Positions 1-8,414 of a DNA stretch of 64,000 nucleotides are shown one piece after another. Numbering within the stretch: the first letter of the stretch is position 1; each line of letters opens with the position of its first letter. A program made the translations under genes and the position numbers. Below the pieces are notes generated by a model. That model saw only the letters and a list, made by a program, of their open reading frames with translations, ran no database searches and was not told where the DNA came from. The stretch is from positions 212,159-276,158 of the forward strand of contig JAHFFE010000003.1 of the NCBI GenBank assembly GCA_023248155.1. The letters run 5' to 3'. Source of the DNA: Candidatus Omnitrophota bacterium. GTDB lineage: Bacteria; Omnitrophota; Gorgyraeia; 1-14-0-20-64-10.

Positions 1-111
1 ACCCAGCCGGTAATCGAGACCTGAATCATCGATCAGGCGCAATATTTTGGCGATTGATTTACTCAGGCTGACCGATTTACCGAATGGCACGATCGAAATC
101 TCGGCAATCAT
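1..111 (-). CDS. MTH1187/UPF0045 family thiamine-binding protein, 5' part (runs off the window)
   Basis: Hand translation MIAEISIVPFGKSVSLSKSIAKILRLIDDSGLDYRLG matches the family N-terminus; ATG overlaps the ald stop (ATGA). Confidence 0.8.
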   Translation of the reverse strand, partial: MIAEISIVPFGKSVSLSKSIAKILRLIDDSGLDYRLG

Positions 112-1220
112 AGCAAACGAGCCAACGGCGCATATAATAATCCCAAATCCCGCGCAGTCGCTTCATAAGTAACCTGTCCGCGCGCGATATTGACGCCTTT
201 GGCCAGCATCGGTCTTTCAAGCAGCTGGCGGGAAAAACCGGTGCGCGCCAGATCCAGAACAAATGGCAGCGTTGCGTTCGTTAACCCGTAGGTTGAAGTA
301 ACCGCCACGGCTCCGGGAATATTGGTGACGCAATAGTGAACAATTCCCTCTTCGACAAAAATCGGCGATGCATGCGTGGTCGGATGCGAGGTTTCGGCCA
401 GGCCGCCCTGATCGATCGCCACATCCACAAGAACCGATCCGGGCTTCATCTTTTTGAGCATCCAGCGCGGAATCAATATCGGAGAACGGGCCCCTCGGAT
501 CAGCGCAGCGCCAATCACCAGATCGGCGCGGGAAACGCGGTCAGCAATATTATGTTCGTTCGACATCAGAAACCAGACGTTCTTAGGAAGGATATCCTCC
601 AGATAACGGAGGCGGTCCAGGTTCACATCCATCACGGTGACGCGGGCACCCAGCCCGGCGGCCACTTTAGCGGCGTTACAGCCAACGACGCCCCCACCCA
701 GGATCAGCACGCTGGCCGGAGCAACGCCCGGGATACCGCCCAAAAGGATCCCCTTTCCCTTCATCGGCTTTTCGAGGTATTTCGCACCCTCCTGAACCGA
801 CATACGTCCGGCCACCTCGCTCATCGGAACCAGAATCGGCAGCTGGCCGCGCTGGTCTTCAACGGTCTCGTAGGCGACGCAAATTATTTTTTGACGAATC
901 ATGGCGCGCGCCAATTCCGGATTCGCGGCAAAATGGAAGAACGCGAAGACAACCTGGTTGGGCCGCAGCAGTTTGTATTCTTCCGGCTGGGGTTCCTTGA
1001 CCTTCACGATCATATCAGCGCGGCGGAATATCGGCACGGCACCTCGCACGATCTTCGCGCCGGCCTGCGTATAGTCCCGGTCGGAAATCTCAGATCCTTT
1101 TCCGGCGCCGGCTTCGACTAATATGGTATGCCCGGCTTTCTTAAGCTGGGCCACACCAGAAGGAACGACCGCTACGCGGTATTCGTCTTTTTTAACTTCC
1201 TTGGGGACGCCGATGATCAT
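108..1220 (-). CDS. ald: Alanine dehydrogenase
   Basis: MIIGVPKE..EYRV start, VKVKEP, GGGVVG NAD-binding motif, DVAIDQGG, HYCVTNIPG. Confidence 0.97.
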   Translation of the reverse strand: MIIGVPKEVKKDEYRVAVVPSGVAQLKKAGHTILVEAGAGKGSEISDRDYTQAGAKIVRGAVPIFRRADMIVKVKEPQPEEYKLLRPNQVVFAFFHFAANPELARAMIRQKIICVAYETVEDQRGQLPILVPMSEVAGRMSVQEGAKYLEKPMKGKGILLGGIPGVAPASVLILGGGVVGCNAAKVAAGLGARVTVMDVNLDRLRYLEDILPKNVWFLMSNEHNIADRVSRADLVIGAALIRGARSPILIPRWMLKKMKPGSVLVDVAIDQGGLAETSHPTTHASPIFVEEGIVHYCVTNIPGAVAVTSTYGLTNATLPFVLDLARTGFSRQLLERPMLAKGVNIARGQVTYEATARDLGLLYAPLARLL

Positions 1221-1226
1221 TGGGAA

Positions 1227-2087
1227 TTATTCGGTTTTCTTTGCTTTCAATGAGCCTGTCAGCGCGTCGAGTGATTCCATAATATTGATCGGGACCGCAA
1301 GAACGACGGTGTTGGATGCCGTTGGCCCGAGGCCGTCGATCGTCTGGAGCGTGCGCAGCTGCATCGCGCCCGGAGACTCCGCCATTGTTTTGGCGGCTGC
1401 GGCAAGATTGGCGGCCGCTTCTTTGTCACCTTCTGCCTTCGTAATCGTGGCCCGTTTTTCGCGCTCGGCGGAAGCCTGCCGCGACATCATCTTCTTTAAT
1501 TCTTCCGGCACTTCAACATCCTGAAGACGGATGCCGGTCACTTCCAGACCCCAGCCGGCCGTGTCCTTCTCAACGGTCGATTCGATTGCCTTGCCAATCT
1601 CTTCACGCTCAACCAGAAGCTGATCAAAGGTCAATTGCCCGATCACATCGCGAAGCGAAGTCTGGGCATACTGCGAAATCGCGTAGCGGTAATCCTGCAC
1701 CTTGATGATCGCGTCAGCCGCGTTGTCGACTTTAAAGAAAAGAACGCCGTTGATCTCCACCGGCACATTGTCCTTGGTGATCACCTGCTGGGTCGGGATA
1801 TCGATCGCCAGCACGCGCGTATCGATCACGCGTACCGAATCGATCAGCGGAATCACACAAAAAAGACCGGGCCCCTTGATGCTGCTGTACTTTCCCAAAC
1901 GGAAAATAACGGCCTTTTCCCATTGCGCGGCCAGACGAATGGCTGAGGAAATCACCCAGCTGAAAAAACCCCAGACAACCAGCCAAATCAACGCGCTGTT
2001 TGGCGACTGAGACATCATCGGCAGAATAAATAACGCGCCGATCGCCATTAAAACAACAAACACCAACCCGGAAATATAGTTAACCAT
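1227..2087 (-). CDS. SPFH/stomatin-like (slipin, Band 7) membrane protein
   Basis: Two N-terminal TM helices, VIFRLG, ITKDNV, AQTSLR, RQASAEREKRA, LRTLQT; start at 2087 has a GGAGG RBS; alternative in-frame ATG at 2192. Confidence 0.92.
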   Translation of the reverse strand: MVNYISGLVFVVLMAIGALFILPMMSQSPNSALIWLVVWGFFSWVISSAIRLAAQWEKAVIFRLGKYSSIKGPGLFCVIPLIDSVRVIDTRVLAIDIPTQQVITKDNVPVEINGVLFFKVDNAADAIIKVQDYRYAISQYAQTSLRDVIGQLTFDQLLVEREEIGKAIESTVEKDTAGWGLEVTGIRLQDVEVPEELKKMMSRQASAEREKRATITKAEGDKEAAANLAAAAKTMAESPGAMQLRTLQTIDGLGPTASNTVVLAVPINIMESLDALTGSLKAKKTE

Positions 2088-2196
2088 TGTACCCTCCTGG
2101 GAATAGGCTGAAGCCGCGTGGGCGGAATTTGCCGGTTTAAGAAAAAGATCCAGCACATCCTGTGTTTTTAATGGGTCGGAGCCTGTTGCCATGGAT

Positions 2197-2544
2197 TTAA
2201 TTCTCCTGGTGATTACGGAACATGCTTTGCAGAACAAACTCGGCAATCCGCTTCCGGTCGGAGCCATCTAGATCGGAAAAATAAAGAGCGGTTTGATAGC
2301 CGCCGGAATTTTTTGTCTTCTGCTGGCGTAAAACCACACCGGTACAGCGGACCGGATTAGACGCGGGCAGATCGATCTGAACGCTTAATTTCGTCATGGG
2401 AGCAATCATTTGATCCATCAGACAGGAGGCGCCTCCGCAGCTTAAATCATCGGTGCGCACTGAAAATGCCCCGGCCGGCGCCGATAGACGGCACTCCAGT
2501 TTCTCACGAACGCGCGGATATTGTCTCCGCTCGGAAGCAGTCAT
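2197..2544 (-). CDS. Stand-alone PilZ domain protein (c-di-GMP receptor)
   Basis: RRQYPR (RxxxR) and DLSCGG (DxSxxG) motifs; ATG at 2544 overlaps the upstream stop (ATGA). Confidence 0.9.
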   Translation of the reverse strand: MTASERRQYPRVREKLECRLSAPAGAFSVRTDDLSCGGASCLMDQMIAPMTKLSVQIDLPASNPVRCTGVVLRQQKTKNSGGYQTALYFSDLDGSDRKRIAEFVLQSMFRNHQEN

Positions 2545-2930
2545 CCCGTTATATAATCTCCCTGCTGGCCATGCCGGAATCCGCCGAGCCACCGCGCGTA
2601 GACAAAATCAAGCAAACGGGCCAAATCGAGCGGTTTAATATTCAGAAATTTAAGGCCGGCCCCAAACGGCGATTCAGACGGCTTCCCTTCCGACCAGGAG
2701 ACCTCGGCCGTCGCAAAAATCGGAATATTGTCGCCTGGAACTTTCAGCGTCAGATCAACATGCTCTCCCCGCTGAACAGGACCCGGAAACCGGATGCCGA
2801 TTCCATCCCTTGAGAAATCAAAAATCCGGGCTTTTCCGGAAGTCAGCGACGGCCCCTTTACCCAGAAATCGGTCTCGAGTTCCGCGTCAATGCGCATGAA
2901 TTTCCGCCGTTCTCGTGCTGTCGATTGCAT
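2541..2930 (-). CDS. Stand-alone PilZ domain protein
   Basis: RRKFMR and DFSRDG motifs, C-terminal GAGLKF. Confidence 0.9.
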   Translation of the reverse strand: MQSTARERRKFMRIDAELETDFWVKGPSLTSGKARIFDFSRDGIGIRFPGPVQRGEHVDLTLKVPGDNIPIFATAEVSWSEGKPSESPFGAGLKFLNIKPLDLARLLDFVYARWLGGFRHGQQGDYITG

Positions 2931-2943
2931 CTAATCCCCTCCG

Positions 2944-5040
2944 TTATCCGATCATCTCAGAAGCCTCGACCGGGCGCTTAACGATCAAGCCGCGCCGGTA
3001 CGCCTTCATAAACACATCCACAATCGCCGGATCAAACTGAGACCCGGAATTCGCTAAAATTTCGCGCAGTGCCACATCATCCGGCATCCGTTTTCGGTAA
3101 GGGCGGTCGGTCGTAATGGAGTCAAAGGTGTCGGCCACCGCGATAATCCGGGTCGTCAGAGGAATTTCCATGGCGCGCAGCTGATCAGGATATCCCCTGC
3201 CGTCGAATCGTTCATGATGCGTTCTGACGGCGATCGCCACTTCTTCCATTCCCTTGATCGGCTGCAGGATGATCGCGCCGATGACCGGATGTTCCTCCAT
3301 TTTCTTCATCTCTTTCGGAGTCAGCTTGGTCCGCTTGCGCAGGATTTCATCGGAGATGCCGATCTTTCCGATATCATGAAGAAGCCCGGAAATCGTCAGC
3401 ACCTGGCGGAACCGCTGCGGCTGCGTAATCTCCGGAGGATAGCCCAGCTGCTCAAGAATGGCCATCGAGTAGGCGGTGGTGCGCTCGGTATGTCCATGCG
3501 TGTAGGGATCGCGCGCATCAACGGCCGAAGCCAGCGCGATCGCCGTATGCACGAACAGCCGGTGCTCACGCGCGTACAAACCTTCAATCTCATTGATCCG
3601 CACATAAAGCTGCTGGTACAACTGCGCGTTCTCAAGCGCGATCGCTCCCTCGCTGGCCAGCGCAAATAAAAGGTCAAGGTCCTCCTCTGAAAACGGATCC
3701 CCGGAAAGTTTCTCTCCCAGCACCAAAATGCCGTAAAGCTTTCCCTTGCTGAGTGCCGGAACACAGACATGAGCGCCCAGCGCCTGCATTTCGGCGTAGA
3801 TTTCCTGCAGCGTGCGGCGAATCACGGTTTTGCGCGGAAACATCCGTTCGCTGCGCAGCCAGCGGCGGACTTCATCCAGCGTAAGCACTTCTTTTTTTTC
3901 TTCCAGCCAGGTAATCAGCGGATTCTGAGCGTCCAATGAAAATCCGATGATCCGCTTCTTGATTCCGCGGCTGGCTTTTAAAACATAGCGGTTATTCTCA
4001 TTCTGAAGAATGCCGGTATGCGTCAAACGAACGCGCGCGCTGACGAAATAAACCATCAGCCTGACGAGCTTGTCAGCGGAGGTGACTTTGGTCATCCCTT
4101 TGGATGCCTCACGCAATGTTTTTTGCCAGGCATATTTTTTTTGAAACAGGTACCGGTCGGTCCAGCCGCGCAGCCAGAGATCCAGCGGGCGAACAACCGC
4201 CGTAACGACGCTCAGCGCCAAAACACACATCCATAAAACGCGCCGGTCCAGCATTTCGGGCCCGTAGAAAAACCATTGGCCCATAAAAACAACGAACACC
4301 ACAAAACAGCCGACCAGAACTGAATACAGCGATGTATAGATCAGCGTGCTTTTGATGACGATCGAAATATCCATCAATCGCCAGCGGACAATCGCGTAAG
4401 AGATCAGCGCGTAGAATAGAAAAAGCCCCTGCCAAACCGGAGAAACCGGCCAATGAAACAACAGCGGCACCATCGAGAAGAGCGATCCCCAGCCGACCAT
4501 AGCGGCGATAATCAAGTACCTCAGCTGGTTTCTCCGGTACCCGACTTGAACCCGGTACTCCGACAGCAAAACCGATATGCCGATGGCCCAGAGCAGAAGA
4601 AAACAAACGGCAAACCCGATATAAAACGGCCCCGCGGCCGGATAATAAAGGAAATCATTTTCAGGCTGGATATCGGCTACCAACAGCGGCGTGGCGGCCA
4701 ACAAAGCGAACACGGCACCGGCCCGCTCGGCCCAGCGCATCCGGCGCTCATAACCTTCTTCCCGTTCCGCGGCGAACGCCAGCGCAAACCGCAGAAACAG
4801 GATCGGCACCAGCGCGTAAGCCACCGTTGAAACGCGGGCCCAGAAAAGAGCCCATCCGGACGACGGAGCTTCGTTCATCAGCGCTATTGCGAAAGACCAC
4901 GCGGCTAAAGCCAGCGCCAGACGCATCCAGGCACGATGAACGGCACCGGCTTTGTCTTTAAAATAGACGAACAGGCCCAGAGAAACTCCGGCCGCAGCCA
5001 GTGCCAGGAATCCGACAGTTAAGTCCGTCAAAAACTCCAC
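2944..5040 (-). CDS. Membrane HD-GYP cyclic-dinucleotide phosphodiesterase with N-terminal HisKA_7TM-like sensor and GAF domain
   Basis: About 9 hydrophobic segments; GAF end (FSEEDLDLLFALASEGAIALENA); DPYTHGH, LLHDIGK, HHERFDGRGYP, VADTFDSITTDRPYR. Confidence 0.93.
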   Translation of the reverse strand: MEFLTDLTVGFLALAAAGVSLGLFVYFKDKAGAVHRAWMRLALALAAWSFAIALMNEAPSSGWALFWARVSTVAYALVPILFLRFALAFAAEREEGYERRMRWAERAGAVFALLAATPLLVADIQPENDFLYYPAAGPFYIGFAVCFLLLWAIGISVLLSEYRVQVGYRRNQLRYLIIAAMVGWGSLFSMVPLLFHWPVSPVWQGLFLFYALISYAIVRWRLMDISIVIKSTLIYTSLYSVLVGCFVVFVVFMGQWFFYGPEMLDRRVLWMCVLALSVVTAVVRPLDLWLRGWTDRYLFQKKYAWQKTLREASKGMTKVTSADKLVRLMVYFVSARVRLTHTGILQNENNRYVLKASRGIKKRIIGFSLDAQNPLITWLEEKKEVLTLDEVRRWLRSERMFPRKTVIRRTLQEIYAEMQALGAHVCVPALSKGKLYGILVLGEKLSGDPFSEEDLDLLFALASEGAIALENAQLYQQLYVRINEIEGLYAREHRLFVHTAIALASAVDARDPYTHGHTERTTAYSMAILEQLGYPPEITQPQRFRQVLTISGLLHDIGKIGISDEILRKRTKLTPKEMKKMEEHPVIGAIILQPIKGMEEVAIAVRTHHERFDGRGYPDQLRAMEIPLTTRIIAVADTFDSITTDRPYRKRMPDDVALREILANSGSQFDPAIVDVFMKAYRRGLIVKRPVEASEMIG

Positions 5041-5046
5041 CGTCCT

Positions 5047-5916
5047 CTATAACGTGGCGGGTATTGTTAACCCGTGCTGAAGTGCCGTCTTCCGTATCAC
5101 ATCGCCCAAGCGGACAAGTCCGGCACGCGTAAAACTCTCGTTCTGAATAACTTTCACGCCCAAACGCGTTAAATCGCCCATCATCTGATTTTGATTAGGA
5201 AGTACTGCGGAACCGCTGCCATGCATGATCAATTCCTTCGGGCGGACGGGCGATTCCATCACTTTTCCGGCCATGTCACTCACCTTCCCCAGCACCGAGA
5301 GATCGGCCAGCAGAATATCGGGACGGAACTTATCCATCATCCGCAACGCTTCTTCCATCGAATAGGCGCAAACCACCTCGTATTGTCCGCCGCATTTCTC
5401 GGCATCGTTGAAAAAAATCTCTTTCAGTTTGTAGGTATACTCGGAAGGTTCAACAAACAGAAGCCGGGCCTTGGGAATGTCGGCCGATACTGCTGCCGTT
5501 TCTGAAGGCTCCGCGGCGCGCGGCGGCGCCGCGGCCGGTTTTCCATCCAGCGCCTCTTCGACTTTGTGGGTCAATGCCTGAATTCCAAACGGCTTCATCA
5601 GGAAACCGTCGACGCCCATCGCCTCGACCATTTCCTGGAACTGCACATCGTAAGCGGTGACGACAATTACCTTCGGCATCGGGTCCAACGACCGGATATG
5701 CTTGAGCACTTCCAGACCGTTCACGCCGGGCATTTTCATATCGAGAAGAACCAGGTCAATCCGGTTCTGGCTTAGCAGACGGATCGCCTGCCCTCCCTCC
5801 AACGCCGTCAAAATTTCATACCCCTTGCCGCCGAAATACATTTGCAGCGAAAGTGTTACTTCCGCTTCGTCATCGACGACTAAAACTCTTTTAGTTGTTT
5901 TATGAATGTCTGTCAT
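5047..5916 (-). CDS. Response regulator: canonical REC plus degenerate second REC domain, no DNA-binding output
   Basis: VLVVDDE, LVLLDMKMPG, VTAY, KPF; second repeat LLFVEPS...ILLADLS. Confidence 0.85.
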   Translation of the reverse strand: MTDIHKTTKRVLVVDDEAEVTLSLQMYFGGKGYEILTALEGGQAIRLLSQNRIDLVLLDMKMPGVNGLEVLKHIRSLDPMPKVIVVTAYDVQFQEMVEAMGVDGFLMKPFGIQALTHKVEEALDGKPAAAPPRAAEPSETAAVSADIPKARLLFVEPSEYTYKLKEIFFNDAEKCGGQYEVVCAYSMEEALRMMDKFRPDILLADLSVLGKVSDMAGKVMESPVRPKELIMHGSGSAVLPNQNQMMGDLTRLGVKVIQNESFTRAGLVRLGDVIRKTALQHGLTIPATL

Positions 5917-5945
5917 ACCTTTTTTTCTTTGTTCAAATAATGGGA

Positions 5946-5979
5946 ATAAAAAAAGCGCCTACACAATTGGTAGACGCTT
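5946..5979 (-). terminator. Intrinsic terminator in the 5' leader of the REC/HD-GYP/PilZ operon (attenuator)
   Basis: Minus strand AGCGUCUAC-CAAUUGU-GUAGGCGCU followed by UUUUUUAUU, 30 nt before the start codon. Confidence 0.88.
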
Positions 5980-6004
5980 AAACTTTTTCCCTGTTTTTTT
6001 GAGT

Positions 6005-6120
6005 CACAACACACCCCTGCCCCATCTTCGAGCGGATTCATTGAGTCTCCTTATGCCGTACCAGTCCTTAAGGACTTACGCTTCAGAAACCAACCGGTCC
6101 AACCTTCGGGTGCGTCTGTG
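6005..6120 (-). ncRNA. Candidate riboswitch aptamer (c-di-AMP/ydaO-like motifs in permuted order)
   Basis: Closing helix CACAGACGCACCC/GGGUGUGUUGUG, inner helices GGUUUCU/GGAGACU and AGUCC-UUAA-GGACU, motifs CCCGAA, GGUACGG, UGAAUCC..GGGCAGGG; lies between promoter and terminator. Confidence 0.7.
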
Positions 6121-6124
6121 AATA

Positions 6125-6153
6125 ACTATACAAAGTCAGACCTGGCCTGTCAA
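6125..6153 (-). promoter_or_regulatory. Sigma70-type promoter of the leader RNA/operon
   Basis: TTGACA (6153-6148), 17 bp spacer, TATAGT (6130-6125); predicted TSS near 6119. Confidence 0.85.
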
Positions 6154-7748
6154 CCGAATTCCATTGGTTCCACCTCCATTTCCCGAGAGAACCATCCGCC
6201 TGAAATGGCGTCCAGATAAGCGGTTAATTCCTGAATCCGGATCCGCCGCTCATGGTTTAAAAACGGGTCGGTGCTGGGATGCCCTTCAAATTCTGCCATT
6301 AATTTTTGGCGCTCAAAATAAAGCCGCGTTGTTTCTTCGAGAAGATCCTGCCGCAGCTGCACCATTAAGCGAGACCGGACATCAATTGAAGTCTGATCGG
6401 TGCTCCAGATAAAATCGCCCAGATCCCAGTTGAAACTAAACCCGACACCCGAATTTTCCTCGATAGGACCAACGAAAAAGCGGGAAACCCCGGAACTGCT
6501 CGACGAAGTGACATTACTGTCCCAGTCCCGGTCCATACTCAGGTTGAATGTCGGAATCAGCGCGCGCCAACGGGCCTGCTGTCTCCAGCGCGCGATCTTC
6601 TCAGGCGCCACTTCCGAATATTCAATCACGCGCCGCTGCAGCGCCTGAATGGACGGCTCTTTTTTGGCGGCATGAAACGACACTGCGCCGGCAGCCGGCG
6701 ATGGTTCCGGTATGCGAATGATTCCATCGGCGGTACTGACACAGAAACCACCGCTCAAAGGATCGGAAAACAATTGTTTCAGACGGGATTCTCCCGAGCT
6801 TTTCCAAAACCGTTCCCATGAACCGGCTTTTGGATCGTAGCGATAAATACCTCGCGCCGTCAGCGCCAGCAGACCGGCGCCAGGCAGCGAATCAAATAGA
6901 ATATCGAGGATAACCGGTGTTCCGATTCCGGATGTCGGAAGCCAGCCAGACTGGCCGGTTTTCAGATTCCAGGAAAAAACACCGCGGACCGTTCCCATAT
7001 AAAGAAGGCCGGTGACGGAGTCAACCGCGATCCCTCCGGAATAAAGCGTCTGAAATTCGGAAGCAAGCTCCGTTTCGGAAACAGGTTCTTCCGAATCCAG
7101 CGCGGCTGAAAACTCCGTCTCTTCGCCGGAAATATGGTTCGGGTAAAGAAGCGGTATTTTATGCCAGGCTGAATCCTGGCCGGAGAAACGCCAGATCCCT
7201 TCACTCATCGTTGCCGCGTAAAAACCGGAATCAGTTGATGCCGAAATAATTTTCGTAATAATACCTCCAGGACCCGAGCAGCGCCTCCAGGCAGTCAACG
7301 CTGAATTGTCCGCTTCATAGATGCCCGAACCGGTTGCGGCAAAAACGCAAATTCTTCCGGCTGAATAACCGGCAGCCAATGCGGTAATAGTATTGGGAAG
7401 CGCTGATGTTTTCTGCGCACTGGATTGCTCGGAATCAATCCGGATAATCTCATTTCTTACGGCCAGACACAAAACCGGCTGGCCGGGCAATATAATTATT
7501 GAAGCAACCGATCCTTCCGCCAAACCACGGATCTCCGCCTTTTGAATAACCCCCTCCGGCGAACAGCGGTAAAGCCCTTTTTGGGCAGCCATCCAAAGAG
7601 TTCCCTGCCACTCAGCCAACTGCATAACTTCTCCCGAAAGCGTGGTCTCCCCTGCCTGCCGCAAAACTTTTCCGGCCGCATCCTCCGGGCCCTTTCCCGA
7701 CGAACAAGCAGATATACCCAGCAAGAAAATCACCAAAAACCTTCGCAT
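6150..7748 (-). CDS. Putative lipoprotein: beta-propeller domain plus C-terminal TolC/OEP-like half repeat
   Basis: Lipobox ISAC at residue 15; repeated LYxGTxxG(I/V)(Y/F)...W blades; C-terminal RALIPTFNL...FSFNWDL...TRLYFER; GGAGG RBS. Confidence 0.6.
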   Translation of the reverse strand: MRRFLVIFLLGISACSSGKGPEDAAGKVLRQAGETTLSGEVMQLAEWQGTLWMAAQKGLYRCSPEGVIQKAEIRGLAEGSVASIIILPGQPVLCLAVRNEIIRIDSEQSSAQKTSALPNTITALAAGYSAGRICVFAATGSGIYEADNSALTAWRRCSGPGGIITKIISASTDSGFYAATMSEGIWRFSGQDSAWHKIPLLYPNHISGEETEFSAALDSEEPVSETELASEFQTLYSGGIAVDSVTGLLYMGTVRGVFSWNLKTGQSGWLPTSGIGTPVILDILFDSLPGAGLLALTARGIYRYDPKAGSWERFWKSSGESRLKQLFSDPLSGGFCVSTADGIIRIPEPSPAAGAVSFHAAKKEPSIQALQRRVIEYSEVAPEKIARWRQQARWRALIPTFNLSMDRDWDSNVTSSSSSGVSRFFVGPIEENSGVGFSFNWDLGDFIWSTDQTSIDVRSRLMVQLRQDLLEETTRLYFERQKLMAEFEGHPSTDPFLNHERRIRIQELTAYLDAISGGWFSREMEVEPMEFG

Positions 7749-7772
7749 CGCAACCCCTCCTTATCCACTATA

Positions 7773-7842
7773 TATACAATATATTTGCTTATTATACAAT
7801 ATCCTGTTTTTGTTGATACAGAAAAAAATTAGGTGCTACAAT
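7773..7842 (+). promoter_or_regulatory. Divergent AT-rich promoter region with phased repeats; promoter of the XRE gene
   Basis: TATACAATAT at 7773 and 7793; TTGATA (7813), 18 bp spacer, TGc-TACAAT (7837), ending 6 nt before the ATG. Confidence 0.6.
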
Positions 7843-7848
7843 AAAAGA

Positions 7849-8397
7849 ATGATCGGACAACGAATTAAAGAGCTGCGACAGGCGCATGGATTGTCGCTGC
7901 TGGAACTTTCCAAAAAATCGGGCGTCATCATTTCCAGCTTAAGCCGCATTGAAACCGGAAAAATGACCGGCACCATCGAATCGCATGTGGCGATCGCCAA
8001 AGCACTCGGAATCCGGCTGATTGAACTGTACGCTGGATTGGATACCCAAAATCCCGCGGCAGAATTCCGCCAGGCCAACGAAACACCCGAAAAACAAATC
8101 CAGACGCGCGGCGCTTTAATGGAGCCGCTGGTTTCCGCTCCGATGGAACGGAAAATGCTGCCGGTCATTATGACGCTGGGCGCCGGAAAAAACGCGAAAC
8201 CGGAACGGTCTCCGGCAGGATGCGAGAAACTGGTCTACCTGTTGAAGGGTCAGCTGCAGATCACGGTGGGCAACGAAACTTTCAAACTCAAGCCGGGCGA
8301 CAGCCTCTATTTTGAAGCGGGGTTAACGCATTCATTTTCGAATATCGGCCAGGGACCTTCCAGCGCGCTGGTTAGCAGCTGCCCCCCTTCCCTCTAA
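7849..8397 (+). CDS. XRE-family HTH transcriptional regulator with cupin domain
   Basis: IGQRIKELRQAHGLSLLELSKKSGV..SSLSRIETG HTH; C-terminal GDSLYFEAGLTHSFSN cupin. Confidence 0.93.
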   Translation: MIGQRIKELRQAHGLSLLELSKKSGVIISSLSRIETGKMTGTIESHVAIAKALGIRLIELYAGLDTQNPAAEFRQANETPEKQIQTRGALMEPLVSAPMERKMLPVIMTLGAGKNAKPERSPAGCEKLVYLLKGQLQITVGNETFKLKPGDSLYFEAGLTHSFSNIGQGPSSALVSSCPPSL

Positions 8398-8414
8398 TCC
8401 CGCTTATTTAATCT

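Noticed and set aside
6005-6120. Leader as a c-di-GMP-I/II riboswitch or leader-peptide attenuator
   Set aside because: I see no GGCAAA/GEMM two-hairpin pattern and no credible leader ORF; only a covariance search can fully exclude known classes
7761-7769. TTATCCACT, an 8/9 match to a DnaA box, in an AT-rich spacer
   Set aside because: Single imperfect box, short spacer and no dnaA/dnaN context; not enough for oriC
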